A stretch of 64,000 nucleotides of DNA from assembly GCA_964583685.1 (NCBI GenBank), contig CAZOVJ010000002.1:111333-175332 (forward strand). The letters are read 5' to 3'. Each line of letters starts with the position of its first letter. Positions within the stretch are counted from its first letter, which is position 1. The notes under the pieces are model-generated. The model saw nothing but the letters and a program-made list of their open reading frames with translations. It did not search any database and was not told the DNA's origin. This stretch comes from an uncultured Gammaproteobacteria bacterium (GTDB lineage Bacteria > Patescibacteriota > Microgenomatia > UBA8517). Both the position numbers and the translations under genes were made by a program. Shown here piece after piece: positions 30,658 to 39,912 of the stretch.

Positions 30658-31656
30658 TCATTTGCCCAAATATGTCCGGATATTCTGATCATGCTCTTCA
30701 ATTGTCCGGGCATAATGAATCCCGCCTTGAGAATCATGTAAATAAAACCAATAGGGAGAATCTTGACTATAGACAACAGCCTTAATTGAAGAAAGTCCAG
30801 GATTAGCAATGGGACTAGGAGGCAGACCTTTAAATTTATAGGTATTGTAACCAGAGCTTATGGCCAAATCATCTTTATCAAGCAACTGCCACCAATCACA
30901 TTTAGCATTTGACATTCGGCATTTGGCACTGGCTACCGCGTATTGGACAGCCGCATCGGCCTGGAGAGGCCAATTCTCTTCTAATCTCTTAAGAAGGATA
31001 CCAGCAATAATCGGCTTCTCTGTTTCTGTCCCAGTCTCTCTTTCCACTATCGAGGCAAGTATAACCATCTCATTTAAACCCATGTCTTTGTTTCGCAGGT
31101 CTCTTTCTATCTGCGAATCAACTCTTTTATCAAAAGTGTTAAGCATCTTCTTGACTACAGCTGAGGCCGAGGCGCTTTTGGGAAAAAGATAGGTGTCTGG
31201 AAAAAGAAATCCTTCCTTATTATTGGAAATCAATAAGAATTTGTCTTGAAACATCTTTGCCTCTTCACCGACTAAACTTAGAGCCTGGATAAATCTCTCA
31301 ACAATCTCCTCTCTTCTCAAGCCCTCAGGGATAGTTACCCAAACCTCTAAAGGACCCCTTAAGAGGGTAGCCACCAACTCGGGCAGAGAAAGATTAGTTG
31401 GCAATCGATATTCGCCGGCCTGAATCTTATCAGAATTACCGGAAACCTGAACATAAATTTTAAAAACCAAAGAGCTTTTGATTAGACCTTCTTCTTTAAG
31501 TTTATTGCCAATCTGAGAGGCTGAGGCGCCTTTGGTTATCACAAACCTCTTTATAATCTTCTCGCTACTTAGAGGTTCAAGGGTCTGATGCCAACAAAAC
31601 AGCCCTCCGACAACCAGCCCAATAATGATTAATAAAAAGGCTAAAAGCTTTCTCAT
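30658..31656 (-). CDS. mltG: Endolytic transglycosylase MltG (YceG family)
   Basis: TIPEGLR, EGFLFPDTY, LASIVERE, LQADA, YNTY..GLPPSPIANPG. Confidence 0.95.
   Translation of the reverse strand: MRKLLAFLLIIIGLVVGGLFCWHQTLEPLSSEKIIKRFVITKGASASQIGNKLKEEGLIKSSLVFKIYVQVSGNSDKIQAGEYRLPTNLSLPELVATLLRGPLEVWVTIPEGLRREEIVERFIQALSLVGEEAKMFQDKFLLISNNKEGFLFPDTYLFPKSASASAVVKKMLNTFDKRVDSQIERDLRNKDMGLNEMVILASIVERETGTETEKPIIAGILLKRLEENWPLQADAAVQYAVASAKCRMSNAKCDWWQLLDKDDLAISSGYNTYKFKGLPPSPIANPGLSSIKAVVYSQDSPYWFYLHDSQGGIHYARTIEEHDQNIRTYLGK
30899..30933. repeat. Degenerate heptamer repeat inside mltG
   Basis: catttag catttga cattcgg catttgg cactggc. Confidence 0.75.
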
Positions 31657-31668
31657 CTGGATTAATAA

Positions 31669-31869
31669 TTATACTTCTTCAAGGAGTGCCCGTCTGTATT
31701 TCTTTGTTTTGGGGTCAAAAATAAATATCCGACCGCAAGAGCAAACTACCTTTTCAGTTCCATCCTTCCTCTTCGTTCTTTTCCTCGGCTTCAACTCCTT
31801 ACCACAACCAACACACTTTCCTTGAGAAAGCAACCAAGCCTGGATAGGAGCAATGATATTCTTAAACAT
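31669..31869 (-). CDS. Small putative zinc-ribbon protein
   Basis: 66 aa with CVGC and CSC; AGGAG immediately upstream and an extended -10 (TGTTATAAT) further upstream. Confidence 0.7.
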   Translation of the reverse strand: MFKNIIAPIQAWLLSQGKCVGCGKELKPRKRTKRKDGTEKVVCSCGRIFIFDPKTKKYRRALLEEV

Positions 31870-31918
31870 CTCCTTTTTCTCTACTTTCTAGATAAACAAA
31901 TTATAACATAATTATCTG

Positions 31919-32314
31919 TCAAAAGTGAGAGGTGGTTCTGTCTAGATATTTTTGGAGAATGAGGCTGGCGGAGAAGGCATGTTCAAGTTTCTTTCTCTTC
32001 TTTCTAGAAATACCGGCTTTAATAGCCAAGGCCTGAGCATCTTGAGAACTAAGAGTTTCATCTTCCAAATCAACTTTGAGACCAGTAATCTTGACCAGCT
32101 CTTTGGCAAAAATTTTTGTTTTCTCAGCCATTACTCCTTCCGATATGCCGACAACAATCCTTTCAACTCCCTCTTCAACAACAATCTTCTTTAATTTTGG
32201 AAAAACTTCCTCAACCTTCCTCAGCCTAATAACCCGGAAGGGCTCGGCAATGGCTGAAACTGCCAGAGCCAAACCAATCTTCTTTTCACCATAATCAATG
32301 CCGAGTATGGACAT
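31919..32314 (-). CDS. ruvX: YqgF/RuvX family nuclease (pre-16S rRNA processing)
   Basis: ILGIDYGEKKIGLA, IVVG, DETLSS, ASLILQKYL. Confidence 0.92.
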   Translation of the reverse strand: MSILGIDYGEKKIGLALAVSAIAEPFRVIRLRKVEEVFPKLKKIVVEEGVERIVVGISEGVMAEKTKIFAKELVKITGLKVDLEDETLSSQDAQALAIKAGISRKKRKKLEHAFSASLILQKYLDRTTSHF

Positions 32315-32948
32315 GGGCTTCTTCTAAGGGCACTATTCTTGCCCTAATAACCAGCCTTTTGGGCTTCAGGGGATGGCCGGGCGGGACACAAGTTATTAAG
32401 GTTAAAAAAGAATCACTCTGATTCTGCTCTAAAACCTGAATGTTTGTGGTTAGGGCCTCAAAAATGTCCTCAACCCGATATTGATAAGAAATGCCGTCAT
32501 ATTCTACCTCAATCTCATCACCCCTTTTCAGACTGGGCAGAGTAGAAAAAATGGCCAAATAATCCTTGGGGTTGTAAAACTGAGGCAAGATTGAATGGCC
32601 GAAAATAACGGCATTCCCCCGCTTGCCGGGCAGGGCCGTACCCGGGTATTGAATCAGGCTCTGAGACAAATCCTCTCCACCGATGGCCACAGTTGCATTT
32701 TCTATTTTTAGCTTGGGAATGGAAAGAGTATAAAAAGAAATCTTCAGAGAAACAAAATCATTGCTTTCCTTTCCACCAACAAACCAATTGCTGGCCTTTG
32801 TATAGTCTGGCTGGGAGACAGAAGAACTGGCTGTCTTTGTTTCATAGGATAAAATTGGGTAAAGAACGGAAAAGAGAATAACAACACCTGAAACTGCACA
32901 AACGGCAGCTATTATGGTAATGAAAGTTTTGTTTTGCCAGAGATTCAT
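32295..32948 (-). CDS. Sortase
   Basis: N-terminal TM; GNAVIFGHS (His), LTLITC (Cys), KRLVIRA (Arg). Confidence 0.92.
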   Translation of the reverse strand: MNLWQNKTFITIIAAVCAVSGVVILFSVLYPILSYETKTASSSVSQPDYTKASNWFVGGKESNDFVSLKISFYTLSIPKLKIENATVAIGGEDLSQSLIQYPGTALPGKRGNAVIFGHSILPQFYNPKDYLAIFSTLPSLKRGDEIEVEYDGISYQYRVEDIFEALTTNIQVLEQNQSDSFLTLITCVPPGHPLKPKRLVIRARIVPLEEAHVHTRH

Positions 32949-35083
32949 TCTTCTGCCACTACTTCAATAGATATATTCCTGTTGATTCGGGGTAGAGTTC
33001 TCAGTTTTCCAGGAAGAGATGGCTTCAAACGGATCTCCACCCGAGTGAATCCAGAAATTGTTGAAAGATGATCTTCAGCCAGGGGCAGGTATTTTCCCTT
33101 AATTGCCCTAGTAATCTCCTCCGGCCTTATCTCAGGAAGCAAATTGGCTTTAAAAACTACATCAAGCTGCCAAATTCCGTTCTCACTCTTTTCATTCAGA
33201 TAAAATTCTGCTTCAATCTGCTCTTCCTTTAAAACAAAACCCTCGGCAACCTGGTCCTCCAAAATCCCTTTTGCCAATTTCTGTAAATCTGACCTTAAAA
33301 CAATTAGACCGGCCATGTCTAAAGACATACTCAGCTTAAGGGTGGGTGCCTCATCGCCAAGCTTGTGATTGAAATCCCTGGCTGAGACTGTTTTTTCTAT
33401 TGCCTCTTCGATAAAAATCTTCTCTTCACTTACCTGCTCTCGAATTTGCTTCTTGCCAAGATCAAGTAATTCTTCGCTTAAATCTCTTTCCAAAATATCT
33501 TTATCCTCAGAGGAGACAACGCTAATTTCCCGACTCGACCCACCCAAAAAATCCTCCTCTGCTATCCCGTCGACTTCGCTCTTGGGATAATTAGCCACCT
33601 GAAAGGTTTGTTCTTTCGCCAAGTTGTACTCAGCCCCAATTTCCTCCGCAGTGACGCTGACGCTGGCTGTACCCGGAGAAGAAGGAGAAACTGCGGCCGA
33701 CACTGAAGCTGAACTGTCAAGTGTGAAACTTAGATTGTTTGGTCCTAAAATTTTTGTCTCTGCCGCCAGCCTGATGTTCGAAGATGTTCCATTCTGAATC
33801 AAAACCTTACCCTTGGCCTTTTCCCCCACTCTTTTACTTCCTGTGGTCGAGCGTGTTTTATCGGCTGAAACTGATGTTTCCAAAACATTACCAGGCAAAA
33901 GCCTCTCTTCAAAATTGGCACCATTTACTCTCGGATCAACAAATAAAATTTCTTTTTGCTCAATATTCTTGGGGGCAACATAAATTGTCACCTCTGCTTT
34001 AGGTAAAAACCACCAAGCAGAAAGAGCAAGAATGATAATAGCGACAAAACCTATTCCTCCAAAAACGAAAAATCTTTTACCCGTCATCCCTCTCTGAATA
34101 GAAAAGGGAAAACTCTTCAGCTTTTTTAAAACAACAGAAGACAATGCTTTCTTAAAAAAAGAAGGTTTCTTGACAACAGGGGGAGTAGCCATTGTTTGAT
34201 CCACCTCCCTCCTTTGCTGTTCTTGAGTTATATCCTTACCAACGGTAAATCCCATATCTTCTGGCCCAAGGGCCTGGCTCTCAATCTTTTCCTTCTCTTG
34301 TTCTTTTTTTTCTCCTTCTTCTTCCGGCTCTTGCCTCTTTTCAACCTCAAGAGAGACAACTCCTTCTATCTCTGATGCCCCGGCCAAACAAACACTAAAA
34401 AGCTTACTGTCTGAGTCAATAATTTCCACCTTTGGGGTGTGAAGAAATTGTACCTTTTCTTGCAAATTTCCTGTCCAGTCTGCCGCTATAAGAATCTGCT
34501 TCTCTTCTTCCAGGTCGCCTTCTCTACCATTGTATATCAAAAATCGTGAGGGAAATGGCTCACCGGTTTTAAGCCTAACCAACCCCTCAATAAGATCGTC
34601 TACCACTGAAACGCTTCTTGTCACAGAGGTTGTGCCCACTAAATTTCCCAGTCTATAAACAGCTATATCCAAGAGTTCTTGGCCTAGACCAATAACCACC
34701 GCACTTAAAGGAGAACCTTCTTCTGATTTAATAAAATGAGCAATTGCTTCTGGAAGAACAACAAATCCCACTGGTTCAAGAGAAAGTTTAGAACAAATCC
34801 CTCTTATCTTGTCCAAATATTCTTTTTTTATCTGGCCTTTCAAGACCCATGATGATGAAACTCCAAAAACTGTTTTTGAGGGTTCGGGTGCATCTTCGGG
34901 TAAATCCTGTATTGCTAGCGATAAAGAAGTATCAGCCACATTTGGCAAATCCTCATCTTTCTCCCAACGAGAGGGGGGGCTGGTTGAGTAAACTTTTGCC
35001 TTCTTTGTTTCCTGGTCTATTACCCAAACAGCCGCCTGAATCCAATTAGGCTCGATTAGTAGAGACCAATAATACTCTTGCAT
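32945..35083 (-). CDS. Single-pass membrane protein: degenerate FtsA/actin-like N-domain and baseplate-J-like C-region
   Basis: N-part pattern resembles FtsA (LEPVGFVVLPEAIA, VVIGLG..DIAVY); one TM; C-part AKGKVLIQN..VSVTAEEIGAEYN..GGSS; likely ATG at 35083. Confidence 0.6.
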   Translation of the reverse strand: MQEYYWSLLIEPNWIQAAVWVIDQETKKAKVYSTSPPSRWEKDEDLPNVADTSLSLAIQDLPEDAPEPSKTVFGVSSSWVLKGQIKKEYLDKIRGICSKLSLEPVGFVVLPEAIAHFIKSEEGSPLSAVVIGLGQELLDIAVYRLGNLVGTTSVTRSVSVVDDLIEGLVRLKTGEPFPSRFLIYNGREGDLEEEKQILIAADWTGNLQEKVQFLHTPKVEIIDSDSKLFSVCLAGASEIEGVVSLEVEKRQEPEEEGEKKEQEKEKIESQALGPEDMGFTVGKDITQEQQRREVDQTMATPPVVKKPSFFKKALSSVVLKKLKSFPFSIQRGMTGKRFFVFGGIGFVAIIILALSAWWFLPKAEVTIYVAPKNIEQKEILFVDPRVNGANFEERLLPGNVLETSVSADKTRSTTGSKRVGEKAKGKVLIQNGTSSNIRLAAETKILGPNNLSFTLDSSASVSAAVSPSSPGTASVSVTAEEIGAEYNLAKEQTFQVANYPKSEVDGIAEEDFLGGSSREISVVSSEDKDILERDLSEELLDLGKKQIREQVSEEKIFIEEAIEKTVSARDFNHKLGDEAPTLKLSMSLDMAGLIVLRSDLQKLAKGILEDQVAEGFVLKEEQIEAEFYLNEKSENGIWQLDVVFKANLLPEIRPEEITRAIKGKYLPLAEDHLSTISGFTRVEIRLKPSLPGKLRTLPRINRNISIEVVAEE

Positions 35084-36866
35084 AGATTCTCCGAATACCC
35101 GAGGCAACTGCCTTTTCTTTAATTATTTTAACACGCCCTAGCTCGCCAAGCCGACGAACATGGGGGCCCCCACAAATCTCCTTAGAAAACCATCCACCGG
35201 CTGGCGGACCAATACTATAAACTTTTACCTTCTCCTCATACTTTTGTCCAAAAAAGGCCAATGCTCCCTGCTTCTTGGCTTGCTCAAGAGTCATCGTCTC
35301 AGACGAAACCTCTAAATTTTTCCCAATTTGTTCATTTACTAAATCTTCAACCTTTTTAATTTCCTCATCAGTTAATTTTTTAGGGTGGGAAAAATCAAAC
35401 CGCAAACGCTCAGGCGTAATATGAGAACCTTTTTGCTCAACATGCTTGCCCAAAACCTTTCTCAAGGCTGCCTGCAAAAGATGGGTAGCTGTATGTAACT
35501 TTTTAGTCTCCTCACTTGTATCCGTCAATCCTCCCTTAAACATACCAGAACTTGCCGTTCTAGATTTTTCTTTATGTTTTTTCCTTTCTTTCTCAAAACC
35601 TTTAACATCAATACCGACACCTTGCTCTTTTGCATATTCTTGAGTCAGCTCTAGTGGCCACCCGTATGTCTGATAATAATCAAACGCTCTCTGTCCAGAG
35701 ATAACTGAACCCTTTTGTAGTAATTGAATTTCTTTTTTTACAGGACTGGAGGCTAGGGTTTTTTCAAACCTTTCTGTCTCACTGATTATAACTTTAGCAA
35801 TATCAGGCCGCGTCAGATAGCCGTCTGGGTACCTTTTCTTAAATTCGTTGATAACCTCAGAAAGCAAACCCTTTTCTAAATCAATATTCAAAGATTTTGC
35901 CTGTATAGAAGATCTTCTTATCAACCTGCGTAAAATATACCCCTGTTTCTTATTAGAAGGCTCTATGCCAGCATTAACAAGAAATATAGCCGCTCTTATG
36001 TGATCTAAGATTATTCTTATTGACCTAGAGGAATCTTTAGAATCTCGTAATATAGATCCTTCTATCTTCTTTTTTGCGCCTACAAACACATCAGTTTCAA
36101 AAATATCTGGTTCGTTGTTTACTGCAGCTACAGTTCTTTCCAACCCTCCTCCGAAATCAACATTTTTTTGGGCTAATTCTTCCAATGAACCGTCTTTCTT
36201 CTTTTTATATTGAATAAAAACTGAATTTCCTATTTCCAAAAATCTTCCACATTGACAGTTCGGGTGGCATTTTTTCCCAAATTTCGAATCATGTTTAACC
36301 TGGGTAAATTCGTAAAAAATCTCAGAGTCCGGTCCGCCAATTTCACCGCTGGGCATCTGGCTGGGAATTCCTGTTCTTGACCACCAATTTTCTTCGACCC
36401 CGTAATAGAAAATTCTTTTTTCCGGGACGCCCAATTTTTTATAAATTTCCGCCGATTTTTCATCCCTGGGCACATCCTTTGTCCCGCTAAAAACAGTTAC
36501 ATAGAGTTTATCCTTGGGCAACTTAAGCTCCTGAACAAGAAATTCCCAAATCCAGGCAAGTTGTTCTTTCTTAAAGTAATCACCCAAGGACCAGTTGCCA
36601 AGCATCTCAAAAAAGGTTGTGTGCCGATTATTACCAACCTCATCTATATCCTCAAGCCTCAAACAGGGTTGAGAATTGACCAAACGCTTTCCTTGAGGAT
36701 GGGGTTTTCCCAGAAGATGAGGAACTAACTGCTGCATTCCAAAAGGAGTAAAAAGCGTTGTCGGATCACTCTCAGGAACCAAAGGAGCCGGGCTAATCTC
36801 CTGGTGGCTTCGTGGGGCTTTCTTAAAGAAACCAATATATTTTTTTCTGGCTTCATTTGTTGTCAT
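35046..36866 (-). CDS. alaS: Alanine-tRNA ligase, short form without C-Ala domain
   Basis: RHTTFFEMLGNWSLGDYFK, GGGLER, HTATH..CGGPH editing site. Confidence 0.96.
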   Translation of the reverse strand: MTTNEARKKYIGFFKKAPRSHQEISPAPLVPESDPTTLFTPFGMQQLVPHLLGKPHPQGKRLVNSQPCLRLEDIDEVGNNRHTTFFEMLGNWSLGDYFKKEQLAWIWEFLVQELKLPKDKLYVTVFSGTKDVPRDEKSAEIYKKLGVPEKRIFYYGVEENWWSRTGIPSQMPSGEIGGPDSEIFYEFTQVKHDSKFGKKCHPNCQCGRFLEIGNSVFIQYKKKKDGSLEELAQKNVDFGGGLERTVAAVNNEPDIFETDVFVGAKKKIEGSILRDSKDSSRSIRIILDHIRAAIFLVNAGIEPSNKKQGYILRRLIRRSSIQAKSLNIDLEKGLLSEVINEFKKRYPDGYLTRPDIAKVIISETERFEKTLASSPVKKEIQLLQKGSVISGQRAFDYYQTYGWPLELTQEYAKEQGVGIDVKGFEKERKKHKEKSRTASSGMFKGGLTDTSEETKKLHTATHLLQAALRKVLGKHVEQKGSHITPERLRFDFSHPKKLTDEEIKKVEDLVNEQIGKNLEVSSETMTLEQAKKQGALAFFGQKYEEKVKVYSIGPPAGGWFSKEICGGPHVRRLGELGRVKIIKEKAVASGIRRIYARVLLVSTNRA

Positions 36867-36913
36867 CCTGCCTGAATTATACCCTCAACTGAAAACCTTA
36901 TCCAGATACTTAG

Positions 36914-37180
36914 TCACTCCTCAGAAAGGGGTGGGGCCTGAATATTTCCCTGCTCTCTGGTTTCAAGCTTTTTCTTTTTCCGAAAAATCTCCAAAATACC
37001 GGTTAGCTTTTCCGGTCTAATCAAGCCACCTCCCAGAATTGCATCCTCAAGTAGACTATTAAATCTCCTTACTGCCCGCCTGAGATCAAAGATAAATAAA
37101 ATCACTTGAATACCTACTACCAGTAGAAGAACAGTCAAACAAATAATAACGATGGTCAAAAGTAACTGAATTCCTGTCAT
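36914..37180 (-). CDS. Small membrane protein of unknown function
   Basis: 88 aa with N-terminal TM; ATGA-coupled to the upstream gene. Confidence 0.7.
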   Translation of the reverse strand: MTGIQLLLTIVIICLTVLLLVVGIQVILFIFDLRRAVRRFNSLLEDAILGGGLIRPEKLTGILEIFRKKKKLETREQGNIQAPPLSEE

Positions 37181-37800
37181 AATTGCACATCAATTCTTCG
37201 CTGAATACTTGTTTCTTTCCCCGATCGAGAGATGGCTCTTATCTCAATCTTATCAGTCCCCTTAAAAACCTCAATTTCTGTCACAAATTTTCCATCATCT
37301 TGGACTAAAACCGGTTGATTGTTAACCTTTATGCTAGCCTCAGTATCGGTCTTTCCGCTTACCTTAACTAATCTTTGTTGAATAAGGACATCTTCCTTGG
37401 GTTCATAAACAGTAAGCATTGGCCCAGAAATAAAATGCCAGTATTGAAAACCAAGGTAGCCTAAAATTACGGCCAGAGTAACTACTGCTCCCAGTAAAAA
37501 GGTTAATTTTGGGCTCCAAATAAGCCTTTTTGAAAAATCAGGCTTAGGATTAAGAGAAACTTTTTTGGGAGGATAGTCTCGCCGCAATAAAGCAACAGCT
37601 CGTTTTTCATTCGCTCCAAGAAACTGAGCAATACTTTTAACAAACCCCAAAACTACTGAAAAATCAGGTAGGGCTTGCCAATTTCCCTCTTCTATTGCTT
37701 TAATAAATTCCTCTTTTATTTTTGTCTTATCCTCTAATTTGGCCCGCGAGTATCTTTTTTTAAGACGAGCCTCTTTGAGAACTTCACCTATTGTCTGCAT
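37177..37800 (-). CDS. RodZ-like HTH-TM-Ig-like protein
   Basis: IGEVLKEAR..TKIKEEFIKAIEEGNWQALP..GFVKSIAQFLG, then TM and beta-rich C-domain. Confidence 0.8.
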   Translation of the reverse strand: MQTIGEVLKEARLKKRYSRAKLEDKTKIKEEFIKAIEEGNWQALPDFSVVLGFVKSIAQFLGANEKRAVALLRRDYPPKKVSLNPKPDFSKRLIWSPKLTFLLGAVVTLAVILGYLGFQYWHFISGPMLTVYEPKEDVLIQQRLVKVSGKTDTEASIKVNNQPVLVQDDGKFVTEIEVFKGTDKIEIRAISRSGKETSIQRRIDVQL

Positions 37801-39874
37801 CTTCCGGAATAGAGGCTAAAAACTTCTCCGCGTTTTGGATTACAATCTCCCTTGGCTTTGATCCTTCAGCCGGTCCAACAACACCGTTTGCCTCTAGTTG
37901 GTCAATTATCCTGGCTGCCCGGGCATATCCAATCGAAAGCCTTCTTTGGAGTAGGGAAGCAGAAGCCCGCTTATACTGACAGACAACCCTTATCGCCTCA
38001 GTAAAAAACTCATCTAAATCTCTATCTGCCCCCTGAAATTCAGAAATATTCGCTTTAGTCATGCTTGTAATCTCCTTTGTATATTGAGGAGTAACAACCT
38101 GCTTTTTCAAAAAGCCAACCAGGCTATTTATATCCTTGTCAGAAACAAAAGTACCTTGGATTCTAATTGGCTTGGCCTGGTCAGGCGGAAGGTAAAGCAT
38201 GTCACCTCTGCCCAAAAGCTTTTCTGCCCCCTGAGTATCCAGTATTACCCTTGAATCAACCTGGGAGGCAACGGCAAAGGCAATTCTACAAGGAATATTT
38301 GCTTTTATCAGCCCGGTAATAATATCCACTGAGGGACGTTGAGTTGAAAGAATCATATGAATCCCTGTTGCCCGGCTCATCTGGGCTATTCTCGTTACCG
38401 CATCCTCAACCTCTACCGGAGAAAAAAGCATGATATCTGCCAACTCGTCAACAATGAGAATAATATAGGGAAGTGCTTGAAAGCCAGACATTTCATTGTA
38501 AGTATCTATATTTCTCGCTCCTGCCTGAGAAAAAAGCTTATAGCGTCTATTCATTTCCGCCAATATCCAACGAAAAGCGGAGAGGACCTTTCCAGGGTCA
38601 ATAATGACTGGTGTAAGAAGATGGGGAATCTCATTATACCTGGTAAGCTCTACCCTTTTGGGGTCAACTAAGATAAATTTTATCTCTGAAGGTGCAGTCC
38701 TAAAAAGAAGACAGCTTAAAAGAGAGTTGATACAAACACTTTTACCCGAACCTGTCTGTCCGGCAATTAAAACATGGGGCATTTTGACAAGGTCAGCCAG
38801 AACTGGCTTTCCCGAAACATTCAGCCCTAGGGCAAGAGTCAATTTTGACTTTGCCTGGCGCATCTCATCGGAACTGAGCATTTTTCTTAAAGGAACAAAC
38901 TCCGGGGCTCTATTAGGCAGCTCAATACCAATCAGTGAACGACCAGGTACCGGAGCTTCTATCCTGATAGTTCCGGTCGGAGCAGCCAGAGCCAGAGCAA
39001 GATCTCTTTCGAGAGTGGTAATCTTGGAAAGTTTAGTCCCAAGGGCAACTTCCAAGGCATACTGGGTAACAGCCGGACCCAAATTAACCTCCACCACCCT
39101 CGCCGTTATTCCAAATGACTCCAGGGTTTTCTCAATAATGGCTGCATTTCCCTTAATGTCTCCTCTGTCTGCCTTACCACTCTTTGTATCTGTTAGGACT
39201 TCCAATGTAGGATATTTCCAAACTTTATCTTCGCCAGGAACATTGCTCACTAATTTGGGACCCAACGATTCTTTATCAGTAAGCACTGGAGCCTGTTTGA
39301 CCACAGGGCCTGGAGAAGGCCTAGAAACCCTTAGTTTACCTTTGGGAAAAACCTTGCCTAGCTTCCTGTCTCCCAAAAGGTAATGCCTAACCTGCATCAA
39401 AACCGAAGCCATCATTGTTAAGACTTGGTCAATCGAAGTATTAAAAAGGATAACCAGGCCAACTATAATTGTACCCGAAAGAACAATAAAAGCACCCACC
39501 CCGGTAATCAAATCGGCCACTCCTTCCCAAGCAGCCTTGCCCAAAATACCGGCCCGACTGATGGTCGCAATTGAAATGAAAAAGAGAAGACTTCCCACCA
39601 AAACATTAGATTGATTGAGAGGAAGCTTAAATTTAGAAAAGAGAAAGCCAAAAGATAAAAGAACAAAGGGAAGAAAAATGGTTGTCCAAGAAAGATAGGC
39701 AATTAAAAGGTCATTAAGCTCATCAAGTATTTTGCCTTGTCTGGAAAAGGAAACAATTACCAGACCAGCCAATGAAAAAAAGGTAATCTGGGCAATTGAG
39801 TAAATAGTTGCTTTTTTAAGCCTTAATTTAAAGGACCTTTTAGGAAGTCTGCCTCGTCTTTTTTTTCTAGCCAT
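37784..39874 (-). CDS. ftsK: DNA translocase FtsK/SpoIIIE
   Basis: N-terminal TMs, AGQTGSGKS, VDELAD, TQRPS, gamma domain LLQRRLSIGYARAAR. Confidence 0.97.
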   Translation of the reverse strand: MARKKRRGRLPKRSFKLRLKKATIYSIAQITFFSLAGLVIVSFSRQGKILDELNDLLIAYLSWTTIFLPFVLLSFGFLFSKFKLPLNQSNVLVGSLLFFISIATISRAGILGKAAWEGVADLITGVGAFIVLSGTIIVGLVILFNTSIDQVLTMMASVLMQVRHYLLGDRKLGKVFPKGKLRVSRPSPGPVVKQAPVLTDKESLGPKLVSNVPGEDKVWKYPTLEVLTDTKSGKADRGDIKGNAAIIEKTLESFGITARVVEVNLGPAVTQYALEVALGTKLSKITTLERDLALALAAPTGTIRIEAPVPGRSLIGIELPNRAPEFVPLRKMLSSDEMRQAKSKLTLALGLNVSGKPVLADLVKMPHVLIAGQTGSGKSVCINSLLSCLLFRTAPSEIKFILVDPKRVELTRYNEIPHLLTPVIIDPGKVLSAFRWILAEMNRRYKLFSQAGARNIDTYNEMSGFQALPYIILIVDELADIMLFSPVEVEDAVTRIAQMSRATGIHMILSTQRPSVDIITGLIKANIPCRIAFAVASQVDSRVILDTQGAEKLLGRGDMLYLPPDQAKPIRIQGTFVSDKDINSLVGFLKKQVVTPQYTKEITSMTKANISEFQGADRDLDEFFTEAIRVVCQYKRASASLLQRRLSIGYARAARIIDQLEANGVVGPAEGSKPREIVIQNAEKFLASIPEDADNR

Positions 39875-39912
39875 AAATACATTATACCTAGGAATAGAAG
39901 AACCTCAAATCT

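Noticed and set aside
32945-35083. Prophage or contractile injection system suggested by the baseplate-J-like region
   Set aside because: No sheath, tube, spike, terminase or integrase genes; the gene is embedded among housekeeping genes
38604-39383. 259-aa plus-strand ORF and many similar antisense ORFs across the window
   Set aside because: They lie opposite well-conserved genes such as ftsK and show no recognisable motifs
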